DNA of 22,232 nt from positions 1-22,232 of the forward strand of contig JBEGVZ010000063.1 of assembly GCA_041178085.1 (NCBI GenBank), written 5' to 3'. Positions 8,996 through 16,503 of the stretch are shown piece by piece. Under the pieces are notes generated by a model that had not been told where the DNA came from, searched no databases, and saw only the letters and a list, made by a program, of their open reading frames with translations. The stretch comes from Pseudomonadota bacterium (GTDB lineage Bacteria > Bdellovibrionota_B > Oligoflexia > Oligoflexales > RGVZ01). Position numbers and translations under genes: made by a program. Numbering within the stretch: the stretch's first letter is position 1; each line of letters opens with the position of its first letter.

Positions 8996-9534
8996 TAGTA
9001 CTCGACAGTCGCAGCGATAAGATTCTGGTCCCGGTTGTTCAGGCCAAAGCGCGCAGCATTGCGAATCTCGTATTGATAGGCCTCTCGTTCTGCCTCCGCC
9101 GTACCGCCAAGACCCAGCTGGTCCTTGAGCACGATGAGCGGGAAATTCTGGCGGCAGTGAACTTCAATCTCATGGGCCAGCGTGGAGCCCAGCATTCCCC
9201 AGCTGGAAAAAGCACTTGGACCAACAAAAACCTTGGTTTTTGACATCCACGTCGATTTGACGGTCAAGCCTCGATCCTTCAGGTCCGGATCGTAAACCGG
9301 CATTTCAGCCCCTTCAGGGCGAACGATCTTGAATATCGCCATTGCCATGTCCACGGCCTCCTGGCCCGGCTCCGGAGTGCCTTCAGGCATCACGACCGAA
9401 GCGTGCTGGATGGCGCCGAGTTCCATTGAGGCGCGGGATTGTGACGCCAGAATCAGGACGCCAAAACCGGCAAGAAATCCAGTTGATAGAGAAACGGACA
9501 AAAGAATGAGATGGGAAAGACGCTTCTTCAACAC
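8977..9534 (-). CDS. Exported/membrane-anchored putative zinc metallopeptidase (HExxxH...E)
   Basis: GTG start with GGAG 8 nt upstream, basic then hydrophobic N-terminus, STLAHEIEVHCRQ and downstream EREAY. Confidence 0.7.
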   Translation of the reverse strand: MLKKRLSHLILLSVSLSTGFLAGFGVLILASQSRASMELGAIQHASVVMPEGTPEPGQEAVDMAMAIFKIVRPEGAEMPVYDPDLKDRGLTVKSTWMSKTKVFVGPSAFSSWGMLGSTLAHEIEVHCRQNFPLIVLKDQLGLGGTAEAEREAYQYEIRNAARFGLNNRDQNLIAATVEYYYPREK

Positions 9535-9547
9535 CGCAACAGCTCCG

Positions 9548-9580
9548 CAACAACAGCAACTTCAGCAACAACAACAGCAA
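9548..9580. repeat. Imperfect (CAA/CAG)n trinucleotide repeat in the predicted 5' leader of the 8977-9534 gene
   Basis: CAA CAA CAG CAA CTT CAG CAA CAA CAA CAG CAA. The 12-mer CAACAACAGCAA occurs at 9548 and 9569. Confidence 0.85.
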
Positions 9581-9608
9581 GTCCAGCGACCCGGACGGTT
9601 CTTAACGG

Positions 9609-9625
9609 AGCAAAGGACGGGCCAG
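9609..9625 (-). promoter_or_regulatory. Sigma54 (-24/-12) promoter
   Basis: Minus strand CTGGCCCGTCCTTTGCT versus consensus YTGGCACG-N4-TTGCW, with exact GG-N10-GC spacing, about 75 bp upstream of the GTG at 9534. Confidence 0.65.
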
Positions 9626-9695
9626 AATCTGGGCGCCTCAATCGATGCGCCCAATCCATATTTCTTTCGTGATTACGGACTGTTATGCGGGCAGC

Positions 9696-9738
9696 AAAAA
9701 ACGCACAACCGGCCCTGGAAATTCAGGCCGCGTGTGCG
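9696..9738 (-). terminator. Rho-independent terminator after uvrA
   Basis: Minus strand CGCACAcgCGGCC-loop-GGCCGgtTGTGCG followed by TTTTTT, 20 nt past the uvrA stop. Confidence 0.6.
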
Positions 9739-9758
9739 CATTCACAGTTGTCAAATGG

Positions 9759-12386
9759 TTAGACGCCCTGCAAGGCGACGAGGTGCGCACCGGTCGGAGA
9801 AGACTTGACCTGGACCACACCACCAGGCTCGCCCTCATAAACCAGCTTACCCCCGGCCTCGGCAGAGCCCGGGCCAAGGTCGACAAGCCAGTCAGCGCCC
9901 ATGATCACATCGGTGTTGTGTTCCACCACGATGACGGTTGCACCCAGGCTGACAAGGTGTCGCAAGCGCTCGAGCAAGCGCGCGACGTCATCGAAATGCA
10001 ATCCCGTTGTCGGCTCGTCCATCACCAGCACCGTACCGGCAGCCATGCGCCGGGTCAGGAAAGGAACCATTTTGAGGCGCTGCGCCTCGCCGCCGGAGAG
10101 GCTTGCGCTGGGCTGGCCCATTTTGAGATAGCCTAAACCAAGCTCCTTGGCCGGCGATAGCCGGCGCACAATCATCTTGTGGTTGGCAAAAACCTCCAGC
10201 GCCTGATCAATGGTCAAGTCGAGGGCCTGGGCAATGTTGATCCCGTTGTAGGTTACTGCGAGGACAGGAGGCTGGTAACGCTTTCCTTCACAAACGGAAC
10301 AAGGCACCCGCGCATCGGAAAGAAACCGCATGGAAAGGGAGACTTCGCCCCGCCCGCGACATTCCTCACAACGTCCGCCTTCCGCATTGAGAGAGAAACT
10401 GCGTGCCGTCAAGCCGGCAATCTGAGCATCAGGGAGTTGCGCATACAGATCACGTAGCTCGCCAAACACGTCCAGGTAGGATGCAGGCATGCTGACCGAA
10501 CTTTTGGCGACCGGCCGCCGGTCGATCAAATGCAATTGCTCGATGTCCTCGATGCCATCGATGGTCGAGCAACCATGAAGAGCCGTCTTTCGCGCACGAC
10601 CACCTGAATTGTATGCCTGGATCGCCGCCTCAATGTTGCGATGAAGCGTGCCCAGGACAAGGCTGCTCTTGCCGGCACCGCTGACGCCGGAAACAACGTT
10701 GAGTGCAGACTTCAGGAAGCGCACACGCTTGATGTCCAGGTTGTGCAAGTTGCATCCGGAGAGCTGGATGAAAGACTTTGCGGCGCCCGTCAGATGATTG
10801 CGCACCGCGAACTTTTCACTGCCCGCCGAAAGGTGCCAAGCAGTGCGGGAATCGCGCACGAAACGGCCCGCGTCCCTGGGTGCAAACTGGGCCAGCAGGC
10901 GCCCACCGTCAGCCCCGCCACCCGGGCCGAGGTCAACGATCAAATCAGCGCGCCGCATCAAGGCGTCATCGTGGTCCACGATCAGGATTGTGTTGCCCTG
11001 GTCACGCAAGCGTTCAAGCCCGGCCCACAGCAAGTCGAGTTCCGCCGGATGAAGACCCTGGGAGGGCTCGTCCAGAACATAAAGCACGCCCCGCAACGAG
11101 TCTGAGAGGATCCCCGCCAGTTTCAGCCGCTGGGATTCTCCGCCTGAAAGCGAACGCACGCGACGAGCAAGGTGAAGGTAGCCAAGTCCGATCGAAAGGA
11201 TCCTGTCAAGGATGCCGGAAGCCTCTTGTTCAACGCGCAAGAACGCGGGATTGGCACCCAGGGGTCCTGACTTGAGCCGCGCAAGGATTCCCGGAATTTC
11301 ACGCAAGGGTGAGCGCATGATCTGCTGAATGTTCCAAGGTCCGAGCTTGATGGCTGCATAACGCGCATCGACACCGGTTGCCGTGCATGCATCGCAGTCA
11401 ACCACTGCATTGGCAAACTCAACTTCATCTACGTCGTCTTCCCCCGCCTGGCCTCCGACCAGGGTGCCATCCAGCCCATCCACCACCGCAGCTTGCGAAC
11501 CAGAGGAAGGAACTACGCCAAAACCAGAACAACTAGCGCACTTGCCGAGCGAGTTGGCACTGAAATACCGGGCATCGAGTTTTGGCCAGCTGAATCCGCA
11601 GTCAGGGCAACCACCCTTGGTCGAAACAGGGCCACCGCTTTCGAGCTGCAACATCCCGGTCGACGAGACACCAAAAAACTCGGCGAATCCCTTGCCCTCA
11701 GTCAAGGCCACCTCGATGCTCCGCTGCAACCGTTCACGGGCACCGGGCTTGATCTTGACCTGGTCCACGACCAGCTTGATGGTGTGCTTTTCTTCGCGCG
11801 CCAGATCCGGCACTGGCGACAGCGACACCATCTCGCCGTCAATGTAAGCACGCAGATAACCTTTTTCCGCAAATGCGGTCAGTGGTGCGCGGAAAACACC
11901 TTTTTTCGAAGTCGCAACCGGGACACAAACGGCGACCAACTGGCCGGCCCAGCCATCCATGATGCGATCGACGATGCCGTCAATGCCCTGCGCCGAAGTC
12001 GGCAGTCCATGCTCAGGGCAGTTCTTGGTGCCAAAGCGCGCCATCATCACAGCAAACAACTCACTGAGGTCGGTCAATGTACCGACGGTGGCGCGACGCG
12101 ATGGCTGGGTCTCGTTCTGGGCCAGGGCGATGGCCGGCGAAAGGCCACTCACCTTCCTGACGGCGGGCCGGGATCCAAGGTCCAGGAACTGACGGGAGTA
12201 ATGGGACAGCGTGTAGAAAAAACGGCGCTGGGATTCCGCCAAGACCGTGTCAAACGCAAGGGAACTTTTGCCTGACCCGCTGACGCCTGTAATCACCGTG
12301 ATCTTGCCGCGAGGGATCTTCAAGGAAAGATCCTTCAAGTTGTGTTCAAACGCGCCTTCAACCGTGATGAAGTCCTGCTGTTTCAA
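9759..12386 (-). CDS. uvrA: Excinuclease ABC subunit A (875 aa, internally shortened)
   Basis: HNLK, GVSGSGKSSLAFDT, LSGGESQR, VLDEP, a second Walker A GVSGAGKSS, LSGGEAQR and DEPTTGLH. Zn sites CPEH/CPDC, CASC/CDAC and CEEC/CSVC. TTG start overlaps the pdxA stop. Confidence 0.93.
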   Translation of the reverse strand: MKQQDFITVEGAFEHNLKDLSLKIPRGKITVITGVSGSGKSSLAFDTVLAESQRRFFYTLSHYSRQFLDLGSRPAVRKVSGLSPAIALAQNETQPSRRATVGTLTDLSELFAVMMARFGTKNCPEHGLPTSAQGIDGIVDRIMDGWAGQLVAVCVPVATSKKGVFRAPLTAFAEKGYLRAYIDGEMVSLSPVPDLAREEKHTIKLVVDQVKIKPGARERLQRSIEVALTEGKGFAEFFGVSSTGMLQLESGGPVSTKGGCPDCGFSWPKLDARYFSANSLGKCASCSGFGVVPSSGSQAAVVDGLDGTLVGGQAGEDDVDEVEFANAVVDCDACTATGVDARYAAIKLGPWNIQQIMRSPLREIPGILARLKSGPLGANPAFLRVEQEASGILDRILSIGLGYLHLARRVRSLSGGESQRLKLAGILSDSLRGVLYVLDEPSQGLHPAELDLLWAGLERLRDQGNTILIVDHDDALMRRADLIVDLGPGGGADGGRLLAQFAPRDAGRFVRDSRTAWHLSAGSEKFAVRNHLTGAAKSFIQLSGCNLHNLDIKRVRFLKSALNVVSGVSGAGKSSLVLGTLHRNIEAAIQAYNSGGRARKTALHGCSTIDGIEDIEQLHLIDRRPVAKSSVSMPASYLDVFGELRDLYAQLPDAQIAGLTARSFSLNAEGGRCEECRGRGEVSLSMRFLSDARVPCSVCEGKRYQPPVLAVTYNGINIAQALDLTIDQALEVFANHKMIVRRLSPAKELGLGYLKMGQPSASLSGGEAQRLKMVPFLTRRMAAGTVLVMDEPTTGLHFDDVARLLERLRHLVSLGATVIVVEHNTDVIMGADWLVDLGPGSAEAGGKLVYEGEPGGVVQVKSSPTGAHLVALQGV

Positions 12387-13408
12387 GGGGCGACTCCCAA
12401 ATGGCGGGCCGCAAGTTCAATGGCCGCCGCAAAACTGCCAAGATTCGCTTTCCCGGAAAGAAACAATCCAGCGGCTGGACCATGGTCAGGCGAAACACGC
12501 AGGTGCTGCAAACCAGCAGAAATGTTTACGGCCTCGTGGAAATGCAGCGCTTTGAGGGGACCAAGCCCCTGGTCGTGGTACATGGCCAGGACACCGTCCC
12601 ATGCTCCGTTCCAAGATTCGTAGAAAATCGTGTCTGCCGACATTGGTCCTGAGATGACCGCCCCTTCGTTCGCAGGTTGTGAGCGTGCGAGCTCAATCGC
12701 CGGGCTGATAATCCGGTTTTCCTCATCCCCGAACAGTCCGCGGTCGCCCGCATGAGGATTAAGGCCGCACACGGCAAGCCGGGGATGGTCGATGCCAAAC
12801 GTCCGGCGAAGGGTATCGATAAATATGCTCGCCTGGCGTGCAATCCCGTCCCGGGTGAGTGCACGGGAGACGTCACGCAGCGCGACGTGGCGCGTGGCAA
12901 GTCCAACTCGCAGGCGCGGGCCTGCCAGCAGCATCAGCGCAGCGGACCCAGAAAGAGCCAGATTGGGACCGGTCGACCAGACTTCCTCAAAAAATTCGGT
13001 CTGACCAGGGTGTTTGAATCCGGCAAGGGAACAGGCCTTCTTGTCGATCGGACCGGTGACCACTGCCACTGTTCCCGTCCGCGCAGCACCGGCACAGACC
13101 TCAAGCGCAAGCTCCAGTCCAGCAACAGCATGGCGACCGCGGCTGGCCGCATCTTGGGGATAAAGGTCCCCCGACACCGCGATACCGTCATCAATCACCC
13201 GCAGTCCCTTGGCCGGCAGGGCACTCCCAAGGGCCTTGAGCTGGCGTTCGATCAGAACGCCAGAACCGCACAAAACGAGTTCAAGGCGGTCTGTTGCCAA
13301 GAGGCCACGCCAAGGGGCACCAGGGTCAAAAAGCAGCCGAGCCCAAGCCTCAGTGGTGATGGACCACGGATCCCCGGCAGTCATGATGATGGTTGGCTTC
13401 CCGCTCAT
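12383..13408 (-). CDS. pdxA: 4-hydroxythreonine-4-phosphate dehydrogenase PdxA family
   Basis: GDP, VTGPIDK, ATRHVAL, GLNPHAG, GPMSADT, AMYHDQGLGPLK, VNISAGL and RVSPDHG. Confidence 0.9.
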   Translation of the reverse strand: MSGKPTIIMTAGDPWSITTEAWARLLFDPGAPWRGLLATDRLELVLCGSGVLIERQLKALGSALPAKGLRVIDDGIAVSGDLYPQDAASRGRHAVAGLELALEVCAGAARTGTVAVVTGPIDKKACSLAGFKHPGQTEFFEEVWSTGPNLALSGSAALMLLAGPRLRVGLATRHVALRDVSRALTRDGIARQASIFIDTLRRTFGIDHPRLAVCGLNPHAGDRGLFGDEENRIISPAIELARSQPANEGAVISGPMSADTIFYESWNGAWDGVLAMYHDQGLGPLKALHFHEAVNISAGLQHLRVSPDHGPAAGLFLSGKANLGSFAAAIELAARHLGVAP

Positions 13409-13446
13409 TGCCCGTCATGCTGCCCCCGCAGGCCCCGGGAATCAAG

Positions 13447-13475
13447 TTGACTTTAGCGGGGGTGTCACTTAAACA
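13447..13475 (+). promoter_or_regulatory. Sigma70-like promoter for rpoZ
   Basis: TTGACT-N17-TAAACA, 36 bp upstream of the ATG. Confidence 0.45.
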
Positions 13476-13511
13476 GCACTCTGGACCGTTATCTAAAAAG
13501 AGGTAGCAAAC

Positions 13512-13715
13512 ATGGCCCGCGTTTCCATCGAAGACTGTCTGGAACGAATCGACAACCGGTTTGCACTGGTGCTGGTGGCATCAGACCGGACCCGTCAGTT
13601 GATGGACGGCGCTGAACCTCTGGTGAAGGCCCGGAACAAGGAAAGCGTCCTCGCGCTGCGCGAGATCGCGGAAGGCAAGATCGTCGCCAAGGCTACGGCA
13701 ACTCAGGAAGCCTGA
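13512..13715 (+). CDS. rpoZ: RNA polymerase omega subunit
   Basis: [30 protein letters not shown]...[11 protein letters not shown], with SD GAGGT. Confidence 0.96.
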   Translation: MARVSIEDCLERIDNRFALVLVASDRTRQLMDGAEPLVKARNKESVLALREIAEGKIVAKATATQEA

Positions 13716-13737
13716 GTCCTTCATGCAGGTGCCGCAA

Positions 13738-14109
13738 TCAGCGGTACTTGCGCCCCACCGGGGCAGAATCCCCTAGAACGATAGAAGTCAGGCACATCTC
13801 CGCCACTTCCTCTGTGGAAATAAGCGCGGGGTCGAACCATTTCTGGGCAGCCAGGCGCGCACGCAGGTCGGTGCCGTGACGCAAAAGAATCGCTTCAACC
13901 ATCCGTGAGCGGAATTCGTCGTAGGCCCAAGCCTCCTGCTCATCCTCCCTTTGCAGTTCCTGCCAGGTGTCCAGAAGGTCGTGGATATTGGTTACAAGGC
14001 GGGTTTCCAGGTATTCGCGGACAAACCGGTCGATGCGCTGCCCGTGCCGGGCCCAAAGTTCCTTTCGTCGACGCCCCCTGTAATTTTTCAGATCCAAAAC
14101 GTTGCTCAT
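13738..14109 (-). CDS. Hypothetical protein, 123 aa, all-helical
   Basis: ATG 14109 (MSNVLDLKNYR) is preceded by GGAGG. The longer ORF-track start runs through the promoter region. Confidence 0.75.
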   Translation of the reverse strand: MSNVLDLKNYRGRRRKELWARHGQRIDRFVREYLETRLVTNIHDLLDTWQELQREDEQEAWAYDEFRSRMVEAILLRHGTDLRARLAAQKWFDPALISTEEVAEMCLTSIVLGDSAPVGRKYR

Positions 14110-14147
14110 GAGTGCCCGCCTCCCTTCCATCCGGGCCGTTTTAAAGT

Positions 14148-14175
14148 AAATCGGTAAAATCACGAAAAACGTTAG
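14148..14175 (-). promoter_or_regulatory. Sigma28 (FliA)-like promoter for 13738-14109
   Basis: Minus strand CTAAC-N15-ACCGATTT (TAACGTTT-N11-ACCGATTT) versus consensus TAAAGTTT-N11-GCCGATAA. Confidence 0.5.
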
Positions 14176-14256
14176 GCACTTCCTATTTTTGCAGCCCGGC
14201 AAGAATTGCCGGCCGGCCAGGCGCCAAGTAGGCAAAATATTCATGATTTCAATAAC

Positions 14257-14285
14257 TTGCGGCTAATTTGAGCATCGTTTATTCT
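14257..14285 (+). promoter_or_regulatory. Sigma70-like promoter for the tandem paralogue pair
   Basis: TTGCGG-N17-TATTCT with an AT-rich upstream tract, 23 bp before ATG 14309. Confidence 0.45.
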
Positions 14286-14308
14286 GGTGAATATAGGGAG
14301 GTGCTCCC

Positions 14309-14692
14309 ATGACCATGAAAGTCGGAGATTCGGTGTTCCTGCCCCGGGGCGAAACTGCCGTCGTCACCGAGCACGACAAGCACCTTAGCACCTTCAAAAT
14401 TTCGGCTGATCCAGCCTTTTCCGCCCACATCCGGCGCCACGGCTACATTAACGGAATGACGCCGGAACAGCGGACCAGCCTGATGACCCTGATGGACCGG
14501 GTCAAGGAAATCGAGGATCCCCAGTCCAAGGTCCAGGAAATCCGGACCAAGCTGGAGGAGCTGCGGGCCGACCCGCGCCAATGGCAGATGGCCCGCTATG
14601 TTGAGTCTGAGTTGGCGCATGTGATGAACGTCTACGGGGTCAAACCGACGTCATACACGTCCGACCTTGGACTGCTGAAGGATGCAACGTGA
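14309..14692 (+). CDS. Hypothetical protein A (127 aa), paralogue of 14778-15149
   Basis: Strong SD GGGAGG, GC3-biased codons, sequence similarity to the next ORF. Confidence 0.85.
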   Translation: MTMKVGDSVFLPRGETAVVTEHDKHLSTFKISADPAFSAHIRRHGYINGMTPEQRTSLMTLMDRVKEIEDPQSKVQEIRTKLEELRADPRQWQMARYVESELAHVMNVYGVKPTSYTSDLGLLKDAT

Positions 14693-14777
14693 ACTGGCGC
14701 AGGCGACAGCGTCTGAAGCCGGGTTGTTTTTGATTGATCAGATTGGATGAAAAACAAAACTCAGGGGAGGGTTTCAC

Positions 14778-15149
14778 ATGTCTCAGATAGGTGATCTGGT
14801 TCCGAAGGCAGGGATCTACACGCAGGCTGGCGTCATCGTGGAGAAGAAACCGGACGGCTCCGTCACGGTTGATACCGAACCGATGTTGGTGAACAAGTTT
14901 CACCGCTACGCCAACACGTCTGGACTGAACGAACGCGAAAAGGAAATGTTCAACACAATTCTGGACGAGATCTACCAGAAGAACGACGACCTGGAGAAGA
15001 TCAACGGGATCCAGAGCGAAATCGACCGGCTGAAGTCTGACCCGGGCAACCAGAACATCGTGCAGTATCTGCGCAACCAGCAGTCTTATCTGGTCCGCCA
15101 GGCAAAGTCGGTGCCGCGCACTTACAACTGGGACGAGGGCAACCTCTGA
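14778..15149 (+). CDS. Hypothetical protein B (123 aa), paralogue of 14309-14692
   Basis: Strong SD GGGGAGG, GC3-biased codons, sequence similarity to the previous ORF. Confidence 0.85.
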   Translation: MSQIGDLVPKAGIYTQAGVIVEKKPDGSVTVDTEPMLVNKFHRYANTSGLNEREKEMFNTILDEIYQKNDDLEKINGIQSEIDRLKSDPGNQNIVQYLRNQQSYLVRQAKSVPRTYNWDEGNL

Positions 15150-16480
15150 GTTTCCAGCTTCTTGAGCAGGGACTTGGCCTTTTCGTAGTCCGGGTCCTTG
15201 ATCAACGCGAGCTTGATGAAATCACGAGCGATCTCATCCCTTCCCCACCGCAGGTAACAAAGCCCCATGTTGTAAAACAACATGGGGCCTTTCTCTTGCT
15301 GGGGCAGGACGAACTGGGCCTTTTTGTAAAGCTCAAGCGCATCCTCGAACCGCCCTGAACGGACCAGGGCAATGCCTGCTGCATTCAGGCGCGCTGCGGC
15401 ATGGGACGGCATGCCAGAGCGCGCGAGCAAGTCCCGGCACGCTTCCATCTCTCCGCGGGCGAACATGACCTGCGCCAGCCCGGCAAGCGCCATGGCCGAA
15501 TTGCCATCACGATCCAGTGCCTGCTGGTAATAGTGCTCTGCCTTGAGCAGGTCTTCACCCTCCAGGTGAATGTCACCGAGTTCTACCATCAGCTGGATGC
15601 TGAGGCGGTTGTGCTCGTGACGATGCTGAATGATGCGGAGCGCCTCATCCTGACGCCCGAGCTTGCGCAGGCAACGGCTCAAGTTCATGTGAGCGCGATG
15701 GTAGTTCGGGTTTGTCTCGCAGGCCAGGCTCCAGCGGGAGATCGCATCGTCAAACTTACCGAGAAGCAGGCAAAGACACGCCTCCAGCTCCATGGTTTTG
15801 GCTGAGAGCTGTCCATTGGATACCGGCTCGCGGCGCAGAAATTCGCCTGCCTTTTCCATCAAAGCGCCGTAAGCCCCCGAACTGATCGTTCCCTGCTTCT
15901 GGAGCATTCCCCCCGAAGCGACAGCGAAATCGAGGCCGTCCTCTGACTTGATCACTTCAGCTTCATGGCAATTCCAGAAATGCTCCATCGCCTGGTCCAC
16001 ATGGCGCAGGAGAGCCCGCCACTGTTTGTCTGCGGATGATTTACGGGCTGGATCCGAACCTTGCGGCTTGACGGCAAGCCCAGCCACAGCGTCACGCCAA
16101 TGCGCTAGGAAAACCCGTGTGCTGCGTGCAAGATCGACATCGCGGTTGCGCAGGGTGATGACCCGGTCGATCCCGAGCTCGCCAAAATAAATGGCGTCCT
16201 CCCTGGTTGGACTCGATGCAAGCACGATGACCCGGTCGCCTACACCAGCATCCCCGGCGAGCAAGGCAAGGTCTTCTACCAGTGCCCCGGCCTGGCGCAA
16301 TTTGCAGTCCCAGTTGAGGATAACGGGCATGCCACCCGCAAACCGCGCCTTGCTATCACGCACAGGCACTCGCGAAGAGAGGCGCATGGAGTTCACGCCG
16401 GCATGGCGCAGGGTCTGCCGGGCAAAATTCCACACCCAGTCCTGCTCGTCTGCGATGATGATGGCTTGCGAGAAACCCAT
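15122..16480 (-). CDS. Pseudo-receiver domain + TPR-repeat protein
   Basis: N-terminal receiver-like pattern (IIIADEQD; VILNWD; IVLASS.TREDAIYFGELGIDRVIT) and C-terminal TPRs (NPNYHRAHMNL; LFYNMGLCY; ALIKDPDYEKA). ATG 16480 has SD GGAGG. Confidence 0.8.
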   Translation of the reverse strand: MGFSQAIIIADEQDWVWNFARQTLRHAGVNSMRLSSRVPVRDSKARFAGGMPVILNWDCKLRQAGALVEDLALLAGDAGVGDRVIVLASSPTREDAIYFGELGIDRVITLRNRDVDLARSTRVFLAHWRDAVAGLAVKPQGSDPARKSSADKQWRALLRHVDQAMEHFWNCHEAEVIKSEDGLDFAVASGGMLQKQGTISSGAYGALMEKAGEFLRREPVSNGQLSAKTMELEACLCLLLGKFDDAISRWSLACETNPNYHRAHMNLSRCLRKLGRQDEALRIIQHRHEHNRLSIQLMVELGDIHLEGEDLLKAEHYYQQALDRDGNSAMALAGLAQVMFARGEMEACRDLLARSGMPSHAAARLNAAGIALVRSGRFEDALELYKKAQFVLPQQEKGPMLFYNMGLCYLRWGRDEIARDFIKLALIKDPDYEKAKSLLKKLETQRLPSSQL

Positions 16481-16503
16481 CCTGGACCTCCACGTCCATT
16501 TGG

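Noticed and set aside
9548..9580. AAC-rich tract as a DGR template repeat or CRISPR remnant
   Set aside because: Too short, with no matching variable repeat, reverse transcriptase, spacers or cas genes.
9535..9582. In-frame Cys run with an internal TGA (CCCCC*SCCCC) upstream of the metallopeptidase, suggesting selenocysteine or a Cys leader peptide; poly-Leu and poly-Val in the other frames
   Set aside because: These are all translations of the same triplet repeat. There is no suitable start or SD after the predicted TSS and no attenuator or SECIS-like hairpin.
9329..9808. Plus-strand ORF with a poly-Gln tract
   Set aside because: It is antisense to two better-supported genes and crosses their promoter and terminator, and its composition is not protein-like.
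11493..13450. Long plus-strand ORFs (260 aa and 232 aa)
   Set aside because: Antisense shadows of uvrA and pdxA, typical of GC-rich DNA.
13409..13511. LexA/SOS box upstream of pdxA-uvrA
   Set aside because: I could not recognise any LexA-type dyad.
14247..14259. IHF-like site TTTCAATAACTTG
   Set aside because: One mismatch to a degenerate consensus and no sigma54 promoter nearby; better explained as the AT-rich UP region of the sigma70-like promoter.
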